Positions 17,931-27,092 of a stretch of DNA of 27,492 nucleotides are shown here, one piece after another. The stretch comes from an uncultured Candidatus Saccharibacteria bacterium (GTDB lineage Bacteria; Patescibacteriota; Minisyncoccia; Phycocordibacterales; UBA5272). Below the pieces are notes generated by a model. That model was not told where the DNA came from. It worked only from the letters and a program-made list of their open reading frames with translations, and ran no database searches. The position numbers were made by a program, and so were the translations under genes. Each line of letters begins with the position of its first letter. The first letter of the stretch is position 1. The stretch is from contig CAZZNF010000002.1 in the NCBI GenBank assembly GCA_964655555.1, forward strand, positions 24,472 through 51,963, read 5' to 3'.

Positions 17931-18206
17931 ATGAAATTAAATAAATTATCTTTTGAAGAAATTAGATTTTTTATAAGCTATAAACCGCTCTTATATCAAG
18001 ATGAATTTCTTAAAAGCTTTTTATCTACTGATGAGAATTTTTTTATAAAAAACAAAAAGTTATTATTTAATAAAATAGAATACATACAAGATAAATGTAA
18101 ACATAATTATAGAAGATATTATAAAGATTCTTCTGTAACTTATTTTAGAAGTTTTTTTGTAAAAATATCGAGCGAATGTATGCTTTGTGGAAAAAATCTA
18201 TTATAA
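17931..18206 (+). CDS. Hypothetical protein with a C-terminal CxH...CxxC
   Basis: CKH...CMLCGK; TATAAT upstream; hairpin downstream. Confidence 0.6.
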   Translation: MKLNKLSFEEIRFFISYKPLLYQDEFLKSFLSTDENFFIKNKKLLFNKIEYIQDKCKHNYRRYYKDSSVTYFRSFFVKISSECMLCGKNLL

Positions 18207-18235
18207 CTTCTCTTTTTGATATTGAGAGAAGTTTT
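18205..18235. terminator. Probable terminator between convergent genes
   Basis: aacttctct-N11-agagaagtt. Confidence 0.55.
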
Positions 18236-19484
18236 ATTTTTTATTTTTAAATAATTTTATTGCAGATTTTAATTGTTCATCTATAACTTTTCCATTATTA
18301 TCTAATTTAATTTGTAAAGATGAAGTAGCTATTATATCAGGACTTATACCATTTTCTGAAATATTTATACCATTTGGAGTAAACCATTTAGCTACTGTTA
18401 TTTTAATATCAGAATTGTCAGAAAGTTTAATAAGTTCTTGAACACTACCTTTTCCAAAAGTTTTTTCTCCTATAATTGTAGCAACATTATTATCTTTTAA
18501 TGCTCCAGCTAATATTTCTGAAGCTGAAGCAGAACCTCCGTCAACTAAAATTGCTATTTTTCTGTATTGGTGTTCTTTAAAATAATTGTATCCTTTTGAA
18601 TAGTCTATTATGTCTCCTGTTGATTTTTTGTTTTTTTCAATAACAACAACTTTATCTTTTTCTAAAAAGAATGATGCAATATCTATAGCTGATGTTAAAT
18701 ATCCACCACCATTACCTCTTATATCTATCATTAAATATTTAAAATTAGATGCTAAAAACTTATTTAATTCTATTTGAAATCTAGGACCAGAATCTTGTGT
18801 AAAAGAATTAAAATGTATAACATAAACACCATCTATTACCTCACTTTCTAATATTGGTATTTGTATCTCAGCTCTTTTTATAGATAATTTTTTTATATTT
18901 TTAGTATCATTATCTAAAACTTCTAAATTAACAATAGTATTAATTTCTCCTCTTATTAAAGAAACAACATCTTCAATAGAATAAGATTCTACATTTTCAT
19001 CATTTACTGAAATTATTAAATCTCCTGATTTAAGTCCAGACAATTCTGCTGGAGTGTTTTTCAAAACAGACATTATTACTGGTTTTTTGTTTAAATAATT
19101 TATCATAGCTCCAATACCACCAAAGCTACCTTTCAAATCTGCTTCAAATTGTTCCGATTCTTTTGGTGTAAAAAATTGTGTATAAGGATCATTATATGCA
19201 TTTACAAAACCTTTTATCATTCCATAATCTAAATCAGATTGTGTAGGTGCTTTATAATCATTTTGCCAAGATATAAAATTATTATTTATAATAGTTTTTA
19301 CTTCATTTAATAGTTTATTTACATTTATTTTTTCTTCTGTTTTGTTTGTATTTGCTGCTAAAATATTTGTAGAAGAAGTAATAGCAAAAAAATAACCTAT
19401 TAAAAAAAACAATAAAGCTCCTAGTCCCAAAGATAAATATTTCTTTTCATTTTTTGAAAAACTTTTTAAGAATGGTTTTTTCAT
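18234..19484 (-). CDS. Carboxyl-terminal processing protease (S41A, PDZ)
   Basis: N-terminal TM, DPYT, GIGA, PDZ domain, DIRGNGGG, SASASEILAGAL, GEKTFGKGSVQ, TPNG. Confidence 0.95.
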   Translation of the reverse strand: MKKPFLKSFSKNEKKYLSLGLGALLFFLIGYFFAITSSTNILAANTNKTEEKINVNKLLNEVKTIINNNFISWQNDYKAPTQSDLDYGMIKGFVNAYNDPYTQFFTPKESEQFEADLKGSFGGIGAMINYLNKKPVIMSVLKNTPAELSGLKSGDLIISVNDENVESYSIEDVVSLIRGEINTIVNLEVLDNDTKNIKKLSIKRAEIQIPILESEVIDGVYVIHFNSFTQDSGPRFQIELNKFLASNFKYLMIDIRGNGGGYLTSAIDIASFFLEKDKVVVIEKNKKSTGDIIDYSKGYNYFKEHQYRKIAILVDGGSASASEILAGALKDNNVATIIGEKTFGKGSVQELIKLSDNSDIKITVAKWFTPNGINISENGISPDIIATSSLQIKLDNNGKVIDEQLKSAIKLFKNKK

Positions 19485-19541
19485 ATTTTGACATTATAAC
19501 ACAAGTTAAATATTTTTTATTTATATGATATAGTTTTATAT

Positions 19542-20816
19542 ATGAAAAACATTAAATTATACAATACCTTATCAAGAAAAAAAGAAGATTTTATATCAAT
19601 TAATAAGGATATAGTAAAAATTTACACTTGTGGGCCAACTGTATATCATTATGCGCATCTTGGTAATTTAAGAGCTTATATATTTGCAGATATTTTAAAT
19701 AATACTTTAAAACAATTTGGTTATAATATAAAGCATCAAATAAATATCACTGATGTTGGACATTTGGTTTCTGATGATGATAATGGAGAAGACAAAATGG
19801 AAAAAGGAGCAAAAAGAGAAGGAAAAAGTGTTTTAGAAATAGCAAAATATTATACTGATGCTTTTTTTAGAGATTTAACAGAATTAAATATTGATAAAAA
19901 TAAATTTATTTGGACAAAAGCTACAGATTATATAAAAGAACAAATAGAAATGATAAAAAAATTAGAAGAAAAAGGATATACATATAAAACTAGTGATGGT
20001 ATTTATTTTGACACTTCTAAATTTTCAAGATATACAGAATTAGCGCATATTGATATAAAAGGTTTACAAAAAGGTAAAAGAATAGAAGACAAAAAAGATG
20101 AAAAGAAAAATAAAACGGATTTTGCTCTTTGGAAATTTTCAAAAGTAAATGAAAAAAGACAAATGGAATGGGAATCACCCTGGGGAGTTGGTTTTCCTGG
20201 TTGGCATATTGAATGTTCTAGTATGAGTAGAGCTATACTTGGTGATCATATAGATATTCACACAGGTGGAATAGATCACATACCAGTTCATCATACAAAT
20301 GAAATAGCTCAAAGTGAATGCTCTCTTGATGATGATCAAAGATTTGTAAATTATTGGATGCATGTGAATTTTTTGAATTTTGATAAAGAAAAAATGAGTA
20401 AAAGTACTGGAGATTTTTTGAGACTAGAAAGTTTGAAAGAAAAAAACATTTCTCCTAACACTTATAAATATTTACTTTTAATGACTCATTATAGAAAAGA
20501 ATTAAGATTTTCTTGGGAATCATTGGATGCCGCTAATATTGCCTTTCAAAAATTAAAAAATAAAATAAATGATATAAGATTAAATATAAAAAAAGAAGAT
20601 GAAATAATTAAAGAAAATTTTTCAAAAAAAGCAGAAAAATATAAAAATGAATTTATAAATGCAATGTCTGACGATTTAAATACTTCAATAGCATTATCAA
20701 AAATCTGGATTATGCTAAAAGATAAAGATATTAAAAATATTGAAAAATACTCTTTAATAGTAATATTTGACAATTACTTAGGTTTAGGTTTATTAGAATT
20801 TGATTCTAATAATTAA
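19542..20816 (+). CDS. cysS: Cysteine--tRNA ligase (C-terminally short)
   Basis: CGPTVY, HLGN, NITDV, DFALWK, PGWHIECS, HHTNE, KMSKS, DDLNT. Confidence 0.96.
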   Translation: MKNIKLYNTLSRKKEDFISINKDIVKIYTCGPTVYHYAHLGNLRAYIFADILNNTLKQFGYNIKHQINITDVGHLVSDDDNGEDKMEKGAKREGKSVLEIAKYYTDAFFRDLTELNIDKNKFIWTKATDYIKEQIEMIKKLEEKGYTYKTSDGIYFDTSKFSRYTELAHIDIKGLQKGKRIEDKKDEKKNKTDFALWKFSKVNEKRQMEWESPWGVGFPGWHIECSSMSRAILGDHIDIHTGGIDHIPVHHTNEIAQSECSLDDDQRFVNYWMHVNFLNFDKEKMSKSTGDFLRLESLKEKNISPNTYKYLLLMTHYRKELRFSWESLDAANIAFQKLKNKINDIRLNIKKEDEIIKENFSKKAEKYKNEFINAMSDDLNTSIALSKIWIMLKDKDIKNIEKYSLIVIFDNYLGLGLLEFDSNN

Positions 20817-20906
20817 TCATATAAATAAGGCCTATTTATAGATATTAACTTTATCCACTTCTATTTTATTTGTATAGAGTAGGTTAATTTTGTTAAAATA
20901 CAAAAT

Positions 20907-22385
20907 ATGTTAACAGGACAAGATTTATTAAAACAAGAGAATAAAAATAAAATATTTAAAAAAGATTATACAAGTAAAAAAGTATTTTCTAATTTTGAGG
21001 AAATTTCTTCTCTTAGAATACCTCCGCAAGATTTAGAAGCAGAGAAAGCATTTTTAGGATCATTATTACTTTCTCCAGATTCTTTTTTTGAAGTAGTAAA
21101 TATAATAACAAAAAATGATTTTTATTCTGAAAAACATAAAATAATTTTTGAAACTATATTAGAATTAGTAAATAAAAAAGATCCTATAGATTTACTTACT
21201 GTTTCTTCAAGATTAAGAGAAAAAAAAGAAATAGATCAAATAGGAGGTGTTGAGTATTTATCTAATCTATTAAGCGTTGTAGGTTCTGCTTCTAATATTC
21301 TTTATTATGCAGAAATAATAAAAAAGAAATCAACATTAAGAAAATTGATTACTGCTAGTAATCATATTGGAGAATTTGCATTTAAAGAAGAAGAAGAATT
21401 AGATAATATTTTGGAAGAGGCTCAAAGAAAAATCTTTGAAATAACTTCAGGGTTAAATACTCAAAGCAATATAGCTAGTATGAAAGATTTAGGTGAAGAA
21501 ACAATAAATAGATTTATACATTTAGCAGAAAATCAACATGAAGTTCGTGGAGTTCCTAGTGGTTTTAGAGATCTTGATAATAAATTATCAGGATTTCAAA
21601 AATCAGATTTAATAATACTAGCTGCTCGACCTTCTGTTGGTAAAACTTCTCTTGCTCTTGATTTAGCTCGTAATGCTGCTGTTAAAAATGGTGTGCCTAC
21701 TGTTATATTTTCTCTTGAAATGAGTAAGCAACAGCTTGTAGATAGAATGCTTTCAGCAGAAGCACAAGTTGATGGTTGGAAACTGCGAACTGGAAAATTA
21801 AATATGGAAGAAGAAATATCAAGACTTCAAGAAGGTATGCATAAACTTATGCAAGCACCTATTTTTGTAGATGATAAACCTGCAAATACTGCAATGAATA
21901 TGCGATCAGTATTACGAAAAGTAAGTCATGAAAAACAAATTGGACTCGTAATAGTAGATTATCTACAACTTATGGGTACAAGTAAAAGTTATGACAATAT
22001 GGTAAATCAAGTAACAGAAATCTCTCGTTCACTCAAAGGACTTGCAAAAGAGTTTAATGTGCCTGTGATTGCCCTTTCTCAACTTTCTCGTGCTGTAGAG
22101 TCTCGTGGAGGAAAGCCTCGTCTATCAGACCTTCGTGATTCTGGATCTATTGAACAAGATGCGGATGTGGTAATACTAATTCATCGCGAAGATAAATATG
22201 GTGAAAATAAAGAAAATGCAGATAAAAAAAATATTGTAGAAATACTCATAGAAAAGCATAGAAATGGTCCGACTGGTATAGTAGAATTATACTTTGACAA
22301 TAAAAAGACTTCATTTCTTTCTATTGAAAAAAATGAATTTGGAGATTTTCAAATGCCGAATATTGATAATAGTGTGGATTTTTAA
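20907..22385 (+). CDS. dnaB: Replicative DNA helicase
   Basis: PPQDLEAE, AARPSVGKT, FSLEM, VDYLQL, LSQLSR, DLRDSGSIEQDAD, KHRNGPTG; no intein. Confidence 0.97.
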   Translation: MLTGQDLLKQENKNKIFKKDYTSKKVFSNFEEISSLRIPPQDLEAEKAFLGSLLLSPDSFFEVVNIITKNDFYSEKHKIIFETILELVNKKDPIDLLTVSSRLREKKEIDQIGGVEYLSNLLSVVGSASNILYYAEIIKKKSTLRKLITASNHIGEFAFKEEEELDNILEEAQRKIFEITSGLNTQSNIASMKDLGEETINRFIHLAENQHEVRGVPSGFRDLDNKLSGFQKSDLIILAARPSVGKTSLALDLARNAAVKNGVPTVIFSLEMSKQQLVDRMLSAEAQVDGWKLRTGKLNMEEEISRLQEGMHKLMQAPIFVDDKPANTAMNMRSVLRKVSHEKQIGLVIVDYLQLMGTSKSYDNMVNQVTEISRSLKGLAKEFNVPVIALSQLSRAVESRGGKPRLSDLRDSGSIEQDADVVILIHREDKYGENKENADKKNIVEILIEKHRNGPTGIVELYFDNKKTSFLSIEKNEFGDFQMPNIDNSVDF

Positions 22386-22390
22386 AAAAT

Positions 22391-23038
22391 ATGAACCCTT
22401 CTGAAAAATTACAAGAATTATTTTTAAAATTCCCTGGTATTGGTCCAAAGCAAGCAGCTAGATTTGTCTATTATCTTTTAAGGACTAAAAATGAATATAA
22501 AAGTGAATTAGCAAAAAATATAGAAGCTTTAAAAGATTCTGCAAATATTTGTAAAAGATGCTTACGAGTATATAGTAATAATAAAAATATCTCTCCATTA
22601 AATAATACTGGCTTATGTGATATATGTGCTAATCCAAATAAAGACAATCAAAAATTAATGATAATAATAAAAGAGCTTGATATAGATGCAATAGAAAAGA
22701 CAGGATTTTATAATGGAAAATATTTTGTACTTGGAAATATATTACCATTTCTCACTGAAAAGCCTAGTGAAGTAATAAATATTCGTGAGCTTGTAAATTT
22801 GCTTCACACTAATCTTCAAAATGAAAATAAAGAAGAAAGAATTAAAGAAATAATATTTGCTTTACCTGCTACAGATGAAGGAGAAAATACTATTAATTAT
22901 TTAAGAAAAACATTATCGCAAATCGTAGGAATAAGTGAAGTTAAGTTATCTACTCTCGCTCGAGGACTTTCTACAGGGCTTGATATAGAATATGTGGATA
23001 AAAATACCTTTAAGGAAGCATTTAATCATAGACTATAA
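22391..23038 (+). CDS. recR: Recombination mediator RecR
   Basis: HhH PGIGPKQAAR, C4 finger CKRC..CDIC, TOPRIM domain, LARG...IEYVD. Confidence 0.93.
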   Translation: MNPSEKLQELFLKFPGIGPKQAARFVYYLLRTKNEYKSELAKNIEALKDSANICKRCLRVYSNNKNISPLNNTGLCDICANPNKDNQKLMIIIKELDIDAIEKTGFYNGKYFVLGNILPFLTEKPSEVINIRELVNLLHTNLQNENKEERIKEIIFALPATDEGENTINYLRKTLSQIVGISEVKLSTLARGLSTGLDIEYVDKNTFKEAFNHRL

Positions 23039-23062
23039 AAAAAGCCATGAAAATGGCTTTTT
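23037..23062. terminator. Bidirectional intrinsic terminator
   Basis: aaaaagccat-gaaa-atggcttttt. Confidence 0.8.
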
Positions 23063-23087
23063 GTTTCAATTCTTTAAAAGAAGAATT

Positions 23088-23600
23088 TTAAACATTCTCA
23101 AAATGAAAATATTCTTCCATAACATTTTTAAATTCTTTTCTTAAATCATCATCAAAATTTCTTGGTAAATGTTCTAAAAAATAATAAAGAGTGATTTCTT
23201 CTTTATGATTTTTTGAATAATTATTTAAGAAATTCATTAATTTTGTAGAACAATTAATACTTGAATCAATGTCTAGTATAAATTTTGATAATTTAACATA
23301 GAATTTACTTTCTTTGTTTTCTTCTTTTTTAAGTTTTTCAACAGAGCAGATTATTTTATCTAAATCTTCATGCATTCCTATTTCTTTTAAAGAGAATTTT
23401 TTATTTTTAAGGATATTTTTGCAAATATTTCTTAAAAGTTGGTCGCTTAGTTTATATTCATTATTTTTTAATATAAAAAAGAACCTTTCTCCTTCTACTT
23501 TAAAATCAAGTAAGGCTTCTTTTATAAACTCCTTTTGCAATTCTTTGTTTCTTGTTAATTCTGCTTTGATTTCATCAAAAGTAATAATTTCTAAAATCAT
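23088..23600 (-). CDS. Hypothetical protein (orphan)
   Basis: 170-aa ORF with its own TTGCTA-17-TAATAT promoter-like element. Confidence 0.7.
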   Translation of the reverse strand: MILEIITFDEIKAELTRNKELQKEFIKEALLDFKVEGERFFFILKNNEYKLSDQLLRNICKNILKNKKFSLKEIGMHEDLDKIICSVEKLKKEENKESKFYVKLSKFILDIDSSINCSTKLMNFLNNYSKNHKEEITLYYFLEHLPRNFDDDLRKEFKNVMEEYFHFENV

Positions 23601-23679
23601 TTGTAAGGATTTAATTTGTTAATAATAAAATAATATTTCTATTATATATATTAACACATTTTATAAAAAATAGCAATTA

Positions 23680-23997
23680 TTATATTTTTAATATTTTGAT
23701 TTCAAAATATGGTTGTCTATGGCCGTTTTTCTTAAAGTATCTTGATTTTGGCATATATTTTACAACTTCTACTGTTTTATGTTTTGCTATATCAATAATT
23801 TCAGCATCTATTTTTGAGTTAGACACATAAGGTGTTCCAATTTTTACATCATCTCCATTTGCAATTAAAAGGACATTTTCAAAGGATAATTTATCGCCTA
23901 CTTTATATTCACCTTTTATTTTTTCAATTTTTAGTTTTGTTCCAACATTTACTTTATATTGTTTTCCTCCTGCCTGTATAACTGCTAGATTAGTCAT
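23680..23997 (-). CDS. rplU: 50S ribosomal protein bL21
   Basis: AVIQAGGKQYKV, IGTPYV, GHRQPY. Confidence 0.97.
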   Translation of the reverse strand: MTNLAVIQAGGKQYKVNVGTKLKIEKIKGEYKVGDKLSFENVLLIANGDDVKIGTPYVSNSKIDAEIIDIAKHKTVEVVKYMPKSRYFKKNGHRQPYFEIKILKI

Positions 23998-24088
23998 ATA
24001 TTTCTTAACTTTTTAATTTTTATAAAATTATTTAATAATATAATATTATCATAAATTAGAGTTTTTTGCAAATAAGATTTGAAATAAT

Positions 24089-25207
24089 TTATTTTTCTTC
24101 AATATTCACTTTATCAATCAAAATTGGATCTACACTCATCTCATTCTTACCATCTGTTATTTTATATACATCTTTATCTATCTTTTTTAGTTCTTTATAT
24201 GCCGCATTATAATGATTTACACTTGTATTCATAGCATTACCAAGTTTTTGCATATAATCTTCATATTTTTGTATATGTTTTCCTAGCTCTTCCACTTTCT
24301 TTTTTATTTCTTTTGCGCCTTCTTCTATTTTTTGATCTTTAATACCACTCCAAATTAAATGTATAAAAGCAAATATAGATGATGGAGAAACTAAATGTAT
24401 TCTTTTACTTTTTGCAAAGTCTAGCAATTTCTCAGTATCAACTTTTAAAGATCCATTATTCCCTGCATTAATATCATAATATATAGCTTCACTCGGTATA
24501 AACATAAAAGCAAAAGGAGTGGTATTTTCATCTATTTCATTTACATATTTACTTGTTTCTTCTATTCTCTTTTTAATATCTTTTTTGAATTCTTCAGCAA
24601 AATACTTTTTATCTTCATCATTTGTTGCATCTATACATCTACGATAATTATCTATTGAAAACTTTGAATCAATAGGTAAAAATTTATCTTTCATATTTAT
24701 AACAGCATCGACAACTTCACCATTTTTAAATCTATATTGCATTTGATATTGTCCAGCTAAATAATTTGAAAGTATTAATTCAAGAGAAGATTCACCCCAA
24801 TTTCCTCGTTGTTTTTGATTAGTTAAAACTTTTTCTAGATTTGAAAGTTGTTCTGTCATACTTAAAACCTGTTTACTACCTTCTTTCACTTCTACAACAC
24901 TTTTGTCCACATTATTAAGTTTTTCATTTATGTCATTAATTAGTTTTTGTGATGCTTCAAATTGATATTTAACATTTTCATGCATATCTTTTTGTCCTGA
25001 ATAGATTTTTTGATCAAGTTCTCGCCTGGTTTCGCGAATGTCCGTCTTAATATCATCTTTCAAAGTTTTTAAAGTTTCTGAAATCAAAAAAAGTTCCTGA
25101 TTATTATCTTTTTTATTTATTTTTTTATTAAAAGAAACTAAAAAAATAATAATTCCAATAAGTAAAACTGCAATAATAACTATTAAAATTAAAGATAATG
25201 AGGTCAT
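24089..25207 (-). CDS. rmuC: DNA recombination protein RmuC
   Basis: N-terminal TM, coiled coil, RGNWGE, PIDSKF, FAFMFIPSEAIY, VSPS. Confidence 0.92.
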   Translation of the reverse strand: MTSLSLILIVIIAVLLIGIIIFLVSFNKKINKKDNNQELFLISETLKTLKDDIKTDIRETRRELDQKIYSGQKDMHENVKYQFEASQKLINDINEKLNNVDKSVVEVKEGSKQVLSMTEQLSNLEKVLTNQKQRGNWGESSLELILSNYLAGQYQMQYRFKNGEVVDAVINMKDKFLPIDSKFSIDNYRRCIDATNDEDKKYFAEEFKKDIKKRIEETSKYVNEIDENTTPFAFMFIPSEAIYYDINAGNNGSLKVDTEKLLDFAKSKRIHLVSPSSIFAFIHLIWSGIKDQKIEEGAKEIKKKVEELGKHIQKYEDYMQKLGNAMNTSVNHYNAAYKELKKIDKDVYKITDGKNEMSVDPILIDKVNIEEK

Positions 25208-25281
25208 ATTTATAAATTATAACATATTATAAATTTATTAAAATTATGTTATAATTGCTATATAATTAAATAAATAAACTT

Positions 25282-25728
25282 ATGCAAGAACAAATTAAAT
25301 CTGAACTTAAAAAATCAATGATAGAGAAAAATATGGAAAGAGTAAATGTCATTCGTATGCTTATGGCTAGCCTTACAAATGAATTAGTATCTCTTGGAAG
25401 AGTGCCTACAGATGTTCTTTCTGATGAAGAAGTGTTAAAAGTATTAAAAAGAGAAGTGAAAAAAAGGAGAGATAGTATTGATCAATATACAAATGCAAAT
25501 CGTCCTGAACTTGCAGAAGATGAAAAAGCTGAAATGATAATCATCGAAGAATTCTTACCAGAAATGATGAGTAAAGAAGAAATTACAAAAAGAATTTCTG
25601 AAAAATTAACTAATGAACCAATTGATATATCTAAAAAAGGACAATTTATGGGAATGCTTATGAAAGAATTAGGTAATACTGCAGATGCTTCTATAGTTAA
25701 AGAAATCTTAGATGAATTGATTAAATAA
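25282..25728 (+). CDS. GatB/YqeY domain protein
   Basis: VLKREVKKRRDSIDQY..ANRPELAEDE.AE..IIEEFLP, GQFMG. Confidence 0.9.
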   Translation: MQEQIKSELKKSMIEKNMERVNVIRMLMASLTNELVSLGRVPTDVLSDEEVLKVLKREVKKRRDSIDQYTNANRPELAEDEKAEMIIIEEFLPEMMSKEEITKRISEKLTNEPIDISKKGQFMGMLMKELGNTADASIVKEILDELIK

Positions 25729-25732
25729 ATTA

Positions 25733-26410
25733 TTATTCAATTTCAATTTTAGAGATTACTATATTATTATTTTTATCATCTCCCCAAATTACTAAATACC
25801 CTTTTCCAGTATAATTATAAATATTGAAATCTTTTTTATTTTTTATAATGACATCAAAATAATTAACATTATCAGTAGAAGGCAATCCTTCACCTCTTAA
25901 GTCATATAATAATTCCATATTTTCATTATATATATCAACAAAAAAGACATAAGGATTTAATATATAATTAGTACTTAATTTTCCTTTTATTATAGTGTCT
26001 TCTTTGAGTATGTTATTTTCTTCTTTTACTTTTATATTATCAAATTCAAAATCAATTGCTGTTGTATTTTCTTCTGATAAATTAATATAATTATTTGTAT
26101 TTTTTAATAAAGGTTCTTCTGTTTTTATAATAGTATATGGTTTGGACCATACTGGAACATTTCCATTTTTTATTTTATTAATATGAATCATTAGATTTTT
26201 ATTAGAATTTTTGAATAATAAATTGTATATTTTGTATTTTAATGGTATTTTTCTTGCTTCATTTTTTGTTAAAGAAGAAAGTTCTTTATTAAAAGATAAT
26301 AATAATTTCGGATTAAAAAAATTTATTAAAAAAAAGAGTAGCCAAATAATAGCTATTATAACAATGATTTGTAGAATTCTTTTTAAAAGATTTTTAAAAA
26401 ATTTCTCCAT
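25733..26410 (-). CDS. Hypothetical membrane-anchored protein
   Basis: N-terminal TM and a beta-rich C-terminus; TGaTATAAT 6 nt before the ATG. Confidence 0.75.
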   Translation of the reverse strand: MEKFFKNLLKRILQIIVIIAIIWLLFFLINFFNPKLLLSFNKELSSLTKNEARKIPLKYKIYNLLFKNSNKNLMIHINKIKNGNVPVWSKPYTIIKTEEPLLKNTNNYINLSEENTTAIDFEFDNIKVKEENNILKEDTIIKGKLSTNYILNPYVFFVDIYNENMELLYDLRGEGLPSTDNVNYFDVIIKNKKDFNIYNYTGKGYLVIWGDDKNNNIVISKIEIE

Positions 26411-26530
26411 ATATAAATTATATCATGATATTTTCTTATACAAAATTATATATAATTGCTATTAATATAATTAAAATAATTATTCTTCCAAAATTTTTCA
26501 TTGGTTGATTTGTATTAGGAAATATATTCA

Positions 26531-26716
26531 TTATGATTTAAAGATTATCCAAATAGCAGCTGCTCCGATTATTGAATATATAATATATGGCAGATTTGGA
26601 TAAAAAGCATTTAATAAAACTAAAAAATTCAAATCTTTATGTATAAATCCTCCAAGACCCATTAAAGCATAATTTAATCCTCCTATAATCAGTAATATTC
26701 TTGCAAGTCCTGACAT
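26531..26716 (-). CDS. DUF378 family small membrane protein
   Basis: LLIIGGLNYAL.G, IIYSIIGAAA. Confidence 0.8.
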   Translation of the reverse strand: MSGLARILLIIGGLNYALMGLGGFIHKDLNFLVLLNAFYPNLPYIIYSIIGAAAIWIIFKS

Positions 26717-26720
26717 ATGT

Positions 26721-27017
26721 TTACAAATCTTTACCTATTTTTTCTTCTAATTCTTTTAATTCATTTTCGACAACTTCTTCCCATGATTTTTCAGAAGATT
26801 CATCTTCTAAAGCTTTTAATTTTGCTTTAAAGTTTATATATAAAGGATATATTAATTCTGGATCAGATTCTAACATTTCTATAAATTCATTTTTATAATC
26901 ATCTGGTAAATATTGTAAACCATCAAAAAAAGCACGAGTTTCATCAAATGACAAATCTGATTTATAAAGAATATTTTTTATTTTAGTATTTAAATCTTCC
27001 TCGATATTTTGAGTCAT
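26721..27017 (-). CDS. Hypothetical acidic helical protein
   Basis: 98-aa ORF, 4 nt upstream of the DUF378 gene. Confidence 0.75.
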   Translation of the reverse strand: MTQNIEEDLNTKIKNILYKSDLSFDETRAFFDGLQYLPDDYKNEFIEMLESDPELIYPLYINFKAKLKALEDESSEKSWEEVVENELKELEEKIGKDL

Positions 27018-27092
27018 ATTTTTGTATATACATATAATAACATAATAAAATTAAAAAATTTTTTTTTATCCACAGTATTCTAAAATTCTATT

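Noticed and set aside
20907..22385. Intein in DnaB
   Set aside because: Normal length, contiguous motifs and no splicing signatures
5660..23622. Integron attC sites suggested by the TAAC motifs
   Set aside because: No matching GTTRRRY arm or attC hairpin, no integrase, and the motif lies upstream of the genes rather than downstream
2543..26898. Opposite-strand ORFs in the track (2543, 4719, 7691, 9026, 11568, 13606, 14029, 15233, 16633, 17538, 20175, 20546, 23314, 26211, 26701)
   Set aside because: Shadow ORFs lying antisense to well-supported genes, with F/S/L/I-rich composition and no motifs
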